A stretch of 15,272 nt of DNA from Candidatus Aegiribacteria sp. (GTDB lineage: Bacteria; Fermentibacterota; Fermentibacteria; Fermentibacterales; JCC-6). The notes under the pieces are model-generated. The model saw only the letters and a program-made list of their open reading frames with translations, did no database searches and was not told where the DNA came from. Numbering within the stretch: the first letter of the stretch is position 1; every line of letters begins with the position of its first letter. The translations under genes were made by a program, and so were the position numbers. The DNA is taken from assembly GCA_046498225.1 (NCBI GenBank), contig JAWOBF010000064.1, forward strand, positions 1 through 15,272, given 5' to 3'. Below are positions 6,698 through 13,059 of this stretch, in pieces.

Positions 6698-8968
6698 TTG
6701 AGCGATTACATATTCGTGAGCTATTCCAGCAAAGACGCGAAAAGGGTCCGGAAGCTGGTGGACCACCTGGAGTCGTCCGGCGTGAAGTGCTGGATATCCT
6801 GCCGCGACATCGATCCGGGGGACGACTGGGCGGAGACCATCTACGACGGCATAGCGAATTCCGCCGGAATGATACTGTTTTTCAGCAGCCACGTGAACAG
6901 GTCGAGACAGATACGCAACGAGCTGGACATAGCCACCAACCTCGGAATTACCATACTTCCGGTGAAACTGGAGGACGCTCCGGTGTCAAAGGGAGTGCGA
7001 TATTTCACCAATTCCCACCAGTGGCTGAACGCCGCAGAGGACTCCGCCGCCATTGCGGGCCTTCCGGACCGTCTTGTGAAATCCGCGGCCAGGCTGCTTG
7101 GCAGGGAAGTATCCGTCCCCGCCGAGGGGCCTTCTTCAGCCATCCGTGGAAAAGGGCTTCGAGCATGGCTCATTTCTGCCGTCATCCTCGCAGCCGTCAT
7201 CATCGTCTCCCTGTACTTTTTCCGGAGTGACACAGCGACAGCCACCGACGGCCTGCTGAACATGGTTGCGGGCGGCAGCGATTCCTGGGACTATGCCACC
7301 GACATCATCGCGGCCCCGGATGAGGGTTTCACCGTCACCGGCGTATGGGACTACGGCTTCTGGAGCATATGGTGGGTAACCCGCTTCGACAGCGCCGGAA
7401 GGCCTGAATGGACATGGTCGGATTCCCTGGCGGGGGAGGACAGGCCCCTTCTCCTCCCCGCCGCGGGCGGCGATGTGATATGCGCTACCGGCGAGTACGC
7501 GGACTTCGAGCACACCGGGTTCCCGGTAAGGGCGGTGAGGCTGGACAGCACCGGGGGGACGGTGTGGGAGAACCGGTGGTGGCTGGAGTGGGAGGGGGCG
7601 GTGCAGCCGGAGCTGGGTTCCTTCCGAATGACCTCCGACAGTCTGCTTCTGCTCTACTTCACCCTCAGGCAGCTGAGCCTGGGGCAGATAAGAGCCAGCC
7701 ACCAGGTTACTCTTACATCTTCCGGGGAGTTCGCCCGCCGGGATACCCTCCCGGGCAACCGGGAAGCGAGGGAGCTGCTGGTCCTAAGCAGCGGGAACAT
7801 CCTGCGGGTGTCCAGGGACATCGGTTCCGGAGGCAACAGCATCCAGATAGTCTCGACCCGGGGGGACGAGCTGGACAGAGCGGTCATCGGAGACTCCAGG
7901 TCTTCCATTACATGCGGCGTCGAGCTTCCCGACGGCGACCTGGTGATGCTGATGACGAAGGACACCTACGGCCCGGGCAAGGGGGACCTTTCGGTGATGC
8001 GGTTCTCCCCCGACCTGGATCTGAAGTGGGAAAGGGTCTACGGAGGCAGTCTGATGGACGTGGCGGTGGACATCCAGCTGCTGCCTTCCGGTGATATGAT
8101 CATCTCCGGCTACACAAGTTCCCGGGGAGACGGGTCGGCGGACGGATGGCTTCTCAGGCTGGACCGGGATGGAGAAATTGTATGGGAGAGCGTGGTGGAC
8201 ATGGGTGGCAGCGACTACCTCAGTTCCATCTCCGTTCAGCAGGACGGTGGAATCCTCGTCTGCGGAAACACTACCATGTTCGGCCAGCCCGACGTCTGGA
8301 TACTTGAAGTCAACCGGGAAGGAGAGTGGAACCGGATGTTCCGGACGGGAGCGGACCTGCTCAACGAGGACTGGGGGAAGGGCTTCGTGGACCAGACCGT
8401 ATGGGAGATCGGCTACAACCGTAATTACTCACCCGCTCTTCACCGGAACTCGGTAACGGGAAACTACTCCCTGGACGCCAACGGCGTCCCGGTGGTGAGC
8501 CTGGCGGAGTACCCGCTGCTGCCGGGGCTCTCCCTCTCGGCGGAGGTGACCGTCCCGTCCATGACCGACCGCCAGGGCAACAACTGGGTGGCGGTGGGCA
8601 TGACCAGGAGCAGCGCCGACCATTTCCACCTCGACCCCGGAACGGTCTCCGACATCGAGCTGAAGTGGGTATACACGCCGGGCATCAACCAGCAGACCAG
8701 GGAGCTGAGGGCCACATGCGCGCTTGACAGCGGCTCCGGCTCCTTCGCCGCCCCCGAGACACTGCTGCTGGAGAGAGGTGTTCCTCAGCGGCTGACCATA
8801 GAAACATGCACCGAAACCGTGCGGTTCTGGGTGAACGACAGCCTGATGCAGGAGGATTCGGTCATCCTCTGCCGGGATCCCGACTCGGTCAGGGTCTACA
8901 TCTGGGGAAACTCCGGGTCGCTTCCCCATCATGTCGAGAACCTCCGGCTGTTCCAGCGCAGATGGTGA
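6698..8968 (+). CDS. Transmembrane TIR-domain protein: TIR + TM + beta-propeller repeats + ConA-like beta-sandwich (756 aa)
   Basis: TTG start, SD GAGGA. TIR motifs IFVSYSSKD, CWISCRDIDPGDDW, RNE75LDIA, ILPV. TM WLISAVILAAVIIVSLYFF (aa 157-175). Blade repeats such as WERVYGGSLMDVAVDI..SGDMIISGYT..DGWLLRLDRDGEIVW. C-terminal domain from about aa 553 (LLNEDW...VRFWVND...HVENLRLF). Confidence 0.88.
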   Translation: MSDYIFVSYSSKDAKRVRKLVDHLESSGVKCWISCRDIDPGDDWAETIYDGIANSAGMILFFSSHVNRSRQIRNELDIATNLGITILPVKLEDAPVSKGVRYFTNSHQWLNAAEDSAAIAGLPDRLVKSAARLLGREVSVPAEGPSSAIRGKGLRAWLISAVILAAVIIVSLYFFRSDTATATDGLLNMVAGGSDSWDYATDIIAAPDEGFTVTGVWDYGFWSIWWVTRFDSAGRPEWTWSDSLAGEDRPLLLPAAGGDVICATGEYADFEHTGFPVRAVRLDSTGGTVWENRWWLEWEGAVQPELGSFRMTSDSLLLLYFTLRQLSLGQIRASHQVTLTSSGEFARRDTLPGNREARELLVLSSGNILRVSRDIGSGGNSIQIVSTRGDELDRAVIGDSRSSITCGVELPDGDLVMLMTKDTYGPGKGDLSVMRFSPDLDLKWERVYGGSLMDVAVDIQLLPSGDMIISGYTSSRGDGSADGWLLRLDRDGEIVWESVVDMGGSDYLSSISVQQDGGILVCGNTTMFGQPDVWILEVNREGEWNRMFRTGADLLNEDWGKGFVDQTVWEIGYNRNYSPALHRNSVTGNYSLDANGVPVVSLAEYPLLPGLSLSAEVTVPSMTDRQGNNWVAVGMTRSSADHFHLDPGTVSDIELKWVYTPGINQQTRELRATCALDSGSGSFAAPETLLLERGVPQRLTIETCTETVRFWVNDSLMQEDSVILCRDPDSVRVYIWGNSGSLPHHVENLRLFQRRW

Positions 8969-9678
8969 GCCTTCCCCTCCGCCTCAGCGGGTCCGCGGCG
9001 CTGCCGCTTCTTTCGGCCCTGTTCTGCCTTTCGGCGCCGCTTAGGGCCTCCGATACTCTCTTCTTCGAGGATTTCTCGGGAGACCTGTATACGCACTGGA
9101 ACCTCTTCGGAGACCCGCTTCCCGTCAGGTGCGATTCCATGGGACTGCCTCCTCCCTGCTTCGACAACAACGGGGACACCATGTACACCAGCGGGGCCAT
9201 TTCCAGGGCCAGCTACCACTGCGCGGGAGGGCTCGTACTGGAATCGGACATGTACGTCACCTCGAATCCCCGGGGTGCCTGGATCTCAGGTTCACTGGGG
9301 TTCGCGTTCACCGACCGGGTGGTTTACGGCACTTCGGGTGTACCGTCCTACCACATCGGCATCACTTATGCCTACCTGGGTGAGAAGAACTGGGGGAACC
9401 CTCACCTTCAGGGGTTGATCAGGTTCATTGTCAAGTGTGAGGAGGAACGGGACGAGGTCATGACCCCCCACTTCAACGATTTCCTGGACGGGTGGCACCG
9501 GTTCCGGATAGAGATAGACCCCGACATGACGGTATCGTTCCACCTGGACGACAGCCTGGCCTACGTAAGCGTCCTGGAGCTTCCCCCGGGTGGGGATTCC
9601 CTCTCCATAGTCCTGGGGGACAGGTCCAATTCGTGGGGCAGGGTGTATCACGATAACGTCATAGTAAGAAGGCCCTGA
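8962..9678 (+). CDS. Secreted protein with ConA-like lectin/glucanase beta-sandwich (238 aa)
   Basis: ATG 8962 (or GTG 8965) overlaps the TIR gene stop. Signal-peptide-like N-terminus ending LRA|SD; LFFEDFSG..W, DGWHRFRIEI, VSFHLDD, YHDNVIV are LamG/ConA-like strand patterns. Confidence 0.75.
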   Translation: MVSLPLRLSGSAALPLLSALFCLSAPLRASDTLFFEDFSGDLYTHWNLFGDPLPVRCDSMGLPPPCFDNNGDTMYTSGAISRASYHCAGGLVLESDMYVTSNPRGAWISGSLGFAFTDRVVYGTSGVPSYHIGITYAYLGEKNWGNPHLQGLIRFIVKCEEERDEVMTPHFNDFLDGWHRFRIEIDPDMTVSFHLDDSLAYVSVLELPPGGDSLSIVLGDRSNSWGRVYHDNVIVRRP

Positions 9679-9679
9679 C

Positions 9680-9826
9680 ATGCGAATGTTTTTCGGCAAC
9701 CCGCTATGTTGCGTCGCTCCCATGCCCATTCCCGACACCGTGGCGAACGTGAGGATCAAGCTGGGGGACCGCTCCTCGGACTGGGGAACAGCCCTGCATG
9801 ACAATATTCTGGTCTACGGACCATAG
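9680..9826 (+). pseudogene. 48-aa ORF: truncated paralogue of the C-terminus of the upstream ConA-like protein
   Basis: MRMFFGNPLCCVAPMPIPDTVANVRIKLGDRSSDWGTALHDNILVYGP* aligns without gaps to VSFHLDDSLAYVSVLELPPGGDSLSIVLGDRSNSWGRVYHDNVIVRRP*. Confidence 0.75.
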
Positions 9827-9844
9827 ACGGACGGGAAAGAGGCG

Positions 9845-11686
9845 ATGATTGATTCGAACATGCTCGCACCGGAAGCCCGGGAAGGGACAGCATTTTATGG
9901 CTCACTGAAGGACCTCCTGTCCAGAGGCGAATACCTCAGGGCCTTCGAGTTCGGAGACACTCTCCTGAAGGAAGCGGACAGACCTGACCCGGAGGTCGTA
10001 AAGCTGCATGCACTGTGCATGTCCAGGCTGGGAATGACGGACAAGGCGGTAAACCTGCTGGAATCCCTGGAACCCGGGCTCCGGGAGGCTGACCCTGAGA
10101 TATTCGCCCTTCTTGGCAGTTTCTACAAGAGGAAATGGCTGGAGCTGAAAGACACCGATCCATCTGCAGCCGGGCATCTTCTGTCATCATCGTTTCACAA
10201 TTACATGAAAAGCCGGGAACTCGGGGGGGATTACTGGTGCGTTATCAACGCCGCGACACTGGCCCTGTTCCTGGGCAGGGTGGAGCTTGGCCTGGAACTG
10301 GCAGAAGATACCATTGGTGAATGCTGGGAGGAGTACAACAGGCACGGAACCAGCAGTGAATACTGGATACCGGTATCCATGGGGGAAGCTTACCTGATAA
10401 AGCGGGAATACAACACCGCGGCCAGGTGGTACAGGAGCGCCAGGAGCCATCTATGCGGAAGGATAGGTCAGATCAGGTCGGCCAGGCTCAACGCGAAAAT
10501 GCTGATCCAGCTTCTGGAAACACCTGAGGAGGCGGCTGAAAATATTCTCCAGGCCATTCGCAAGCCCCGGATAGTGGTATTCGCCGGCCACCGGATAGAC
10601 AGACCCGGCAGACCGTCTCCGAGATTTCCGGAGTCGGTTTCCGGTAAGGTAAAGAGCCGGGTGAAGAAGAAACTCATAGAATTGAAACCCGATATTGGAA
10701 TAGCCTCGGCCGCTGACGGAGCGGACCTCATATTCCATGAATGTCTCAATGAAATGGGCAGGATAAGCCATGTTGTCCTTCCGGCTCCCATGGATCATTT
10801 CGCGTCCAAGTTGAAGTTTTCCGGGGGGAAAAGGTGGGCGGACAGATTCTGGAAGGCCATCGATAGCGCGCACCAGATAGAGGTATCCTCCTCTTCCAGG
10901 TTCGACTGCGAGGCAGATGGGCCCTATCAGCTTGCCGCGGATTACCTTATAGAGTACTCCCTGGATGTCGGACGCAATTTCGACGCTGAGGTCCTGCCTC
11001 TGGTCGTATGGGATGAGCTGCCCTCCAGCCATCCCGGAGGTACGGGGTACATAGTGACAAGGTTCCGGCAGCTTGGTTACGAACCCTGCAGGGTATCCAT
11101 GGCTTCTCTTGTGGCCAGGTCGAACTCTTCCGGTGATGCTTCCGGAAGAGACCCCGTGTTCCCCTACGAGAACTGGGGAATCTACGAACCCGCCGCCAGA
11201 CCGATAGCCGTCGTAAGACCGACGGATAAAGGCGGAAGTGAAGAACTGCTGGCCTCCGGACTCAGAGGAATCGCCGCGAATATTACCAGTATCTGCGAAG
11301 ACAAGTCCATAAGGATACTCTCCGCAGGCACCATATCCGGCAGCATCTACCTGCTCATGCATTCAACCACCGGAGCGTGGGATCTTTTAAGTGAGCTGAG
11401 CGGTTCCGGAGCTGACCTTCCCGCTTTGTCGGTGGTGCTGCATTCCGGCATGTCCATCATGATGGATTCATCGCTGACCGGCCGCAGGGATTATTACTGC
11501 AGGGAGATAGATGAAGCCCTGGAAATCGCTGATACCCTGAGACTGCCGGAAAGAATTGTCACCATGCAGTTCAGGTCCATTTCAAGTGATATCATGGACA
11601 AGAAGACGGAAGCCTCCTACCTTTACCATGGCCTCATCAGGATATCAACCGGCAGCACTCTGAAACTGTACAGGATAGTTGAATGA
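9845..11686 (+). CDS. TPR-S (MAP3K TRAF-binding/DUF4071-like) + SLOG domain + degenerate class III nucleotide cyclase domain protein (613 aa)
   Basis: TPR-S-like motifs EIFALLGSFYKRKW, YWCVINAATLAL, EYWIPVSMGEAYL. SLOG-like motifs VFAGHRIDRPGRPSPRFP, SAADGADLIF, VVWD..HPGGT. Cyclase-like C-terminus SVVLHSG..DSSLTGRRDYY..YHG..KLYRI. Confidence 0.78.
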   Translation: MIDSNMLAPEAREGTAFYGSLKDLLSRGEYLRAFEFGDTLLKEADRPDPEVVKLHALCMSRLGMTDKAVNLLESLEPGLREADPEIFALLGSFYKRKWLELKDTDPSAAGHLLSSSFHNYMKSRELGGDYWCVINAATLALFLGRVELGLELAEDTIGECWEEYNRHGTSSEYWIPVSMGEAYLIKREYNTAARWYRSARSHLCGRIGQIRSARLNAKMLIQLLETPEEAAENILQAIRKPRIVVFAGHRIDRPGRPSPRFPESVSGKVKSRVKKKLIELKPDIGIASAADGADLIFHECLNEMGRISHVVLPAPMDHFASKLKFSGGKRWADRFWKAIDSAHQIEVSSSSRFDCEADGPYQLAADYLIEYSLDVGRNFDAEVLPLVVWDELPSSHPGGTGYIVTRFRQLGYEPCRVSMASLVARSNSSGDASGRDPVFPYENWGIYEPAARPIAVVRPTDKGGSEELLASGLRGIAANITSICEDKSIRILSAGTISGSIYLLMHSTTGAWDLLSELSGSGADLPALSVVLHSGMSIMMDSSLTGRRDYYCREIDEALEIADTLRLPERIVTMQFRSISSDIMDKKTEASYLYHGLIRISTGSTLKLYRIVE

Positions 11687-11708
11687 AAAACCAAATGAAA
11701 TTGGCTGC

Positions 11709-11873
11709 TTAACCGTCCCTCCAGGGTTTCGTCCTGTAGAAGCCGTACGCAAGAAGCGCCAGGACTATGGTGAGAACAACCGTCTTGACGGTGCAGTTTC
11801 TGCCACTGCAGGGGACCATTACCAGGGAATTCATTATGGATGCCGTCAGATCAGGTCTTTCTTCGAGTTGCAT
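11709..11873 (-). CDS. Small single-pass membrane protein (54 aa; alternative GTG start at 11933 gives 74 aa)
   Basis: SD AAAGGAG about 11 nt upstream of ATG 11873; MQLEERPDLTASIMNSLVMVPCSGRNCTVKTVVLTIVLALLAYGFYRTKPWRDG has one hydrophobic helix followed by a basic tail. Confidence 0.5.
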   Translation of the reverse strand: MQLEERPDLTASIMNSLVMVPCSGRNCTVKTVVLTIVLALLAYGFYRTKPWRDG

Positions 11874-11929
11874 TGATGAACGGTCTCCTTTCGTACCCCC
11901 TCGATTGAATGCATGGATTCCGGAGCTGT

Positions 11930-12061
11930 TCACTCCGGCAGCATGAAGATGCCGATGATGACCAGCACCAGGATGTAAATCATCATTCTCATGGAACCGT
12001 GTCTGAGTATTCTTCGAGCCTTTCTGAGCAATTTCGCTGTTCTGTTGTTACTCGGAAGCAC
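11930..12061 (-). CDS. Small single-pass membrane protein (43 aa)
   Basis: SD GAGGAG (12072-12077), GTG 12061; MLPSNNRTAKLLRKARRILRHGSMRMMIYILVLVIIGIFMLPE has a basic N-region followed by a hydrophobic helix. Not in the ORF track. Confidence 0.5.
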   Translation of the reverse strand: MLPSNNRTAKLLRKARRILRHGSMRMMIYILVLVIIGIFMLPE

Positions 12062-12112
12062 CTGTGGATCACTCCTCTCTTCTACGTGGTCCGGCGCGGT
12101 CATCCATCACGT

Positions 12113-12850
12113 TCACAGTGAACTCACGTCCACCACCTGCACCACCGGGTTTCTGCCGCCGTTCCCGGTCCCGGCGAACTCCAGAATGCGGCTGGCGTAT
12201 TCCCGGGGATCGTTGTGGTAGAGTTCCAGAAAATCCGAATCGGTCATACGGTCGGAGACGCACCTGTCGCACAGGACGTACCTGTCGCCATGGTCCACAT
12301 CTATCTCCATTATCTCAGGTTCGACTTCCCTGTCGGTACCTATGGAGCGTGTCACTATGCCTGTCTGCTCAATATGCCATTCGGAGTCCGTCCCGGATGG
12401 AGCGCGTTCCAGTATCCCCCCCAGCCTGAAATGATCGTGGGTCAGCCTGGATACGGTTCCCTTCCTTATCCTGTAGGCCCTGTTGCATCCCACGTGACAT
12501 ACCAGGCTCTCATGGAGCTTCTCCGGTTCTATCAGAAGGGCTACCAGGTCCGCTCCCATTCCGTGAGGATATCTGTTGCTCTCCACCATGCTGTAGAGCA
12601 CGTCGTTGGCCTCCCGTACGGCTGATTCGATAAGCTCCGACGCCGCCCTGCCGCGAACGGAAGTGAAGACCCGCCTGATTATCTCGAACGTGATGCAGCC
12701 GGCCATTACGTTCTCCGGAGGACCGGACATTCCCGTACACACCATGCAGAGAGAACCGTAGGGAGTGTCCATCTGTCCGTGGCACAGACTGGTATCATTG
12801 GTGAAGCTGCATCCGGCATAGGAGCTGGCGAACTCCAGTTGAACCGCCAT
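12113..12850 (-). CDS. PP2C/PPM (Stp1/PrpC-like) phosphatase-fold protein, predicted inactive (245 aa)
   Basis: Start moved to ATG 12850 (GGAAGG upstream). PPM scaffold retained in order: LCMVCTGMSG, AVREANDVLY, GMGADLVALLI, HVGCNRAYRIR, LTHDH, IVTRSIG..EVEPEI, GDRYVLC, GGRNPVVQVV. Confidence 0.82.
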   Translation of the reverse strand: MAVQLEFASSYAGCSFTNDTSLCHGQMDTPYGSLCMVCTGMSGPPENVMAGCITFEIIRRVFTSVRGRAASELIESAVREANDVLYSMVESNRYPHGMGADLVALLIEPEKLHESLVCHVGCNRAYRIRKGTVSRLTHDHFRLGGILERAPSGTDSEWHIEQTGIVTRSIGTDREVEPEIMEIDVDHGDRYVLCDRCVSDRMTDSDFLELYHNDPREYASRILEFAGTGNGGRNPVVQVVDVSSL

Positions 12851-12959
12851 GTTGATGTCCGCCTTCCGCTGAACCCCCGGGACCGTCCTTCCATTCAGGA
12901 CAGACTCCGCATTCAGAACCCTTTCATATAAGTTTGCAGCGGGAAGAAGAGAACGCAAG

Positions 12960-13057
12960 TATCAATTTATATAGCATATATGCAATAAATACCGGAACAG
13001 GCTTGATATATATTTTATTGATTGTATTTTCGGTTATTTAGTGTTTAATAACCGCTT
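12960..13057. promoter_or_regulatory. AT-rich intergenic/promoter region with palindromes, upstream of the PP2C-like gene
   Basis: Markedly AT-rich tract; palindrome GCATATATGC (12974-12983); inverted repeat CGGTTATT-N8-AATAACCG (13031-13054). Confidence 0.5.
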
Positions 13058-13059
13058 AC

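Noticed and set aside
9530..9826. Diversity-generating retroelement VR/TR pair (repeat of a lectin-like gene's 3' end)
   Set aside because: The copies differ at many non-adenine and synonymous positions, nucleotide identity is low, and no reverse transcriptase is present in the window.
6698..11686. Canonical Thoeris, CBASS or Pycsar system
   Set aside because: No SIR2/Macro ThsA, CD-NTase or intact cyclase is visible, and the TIR is fused to a TM helix and ectodomain, unlike ThsB.
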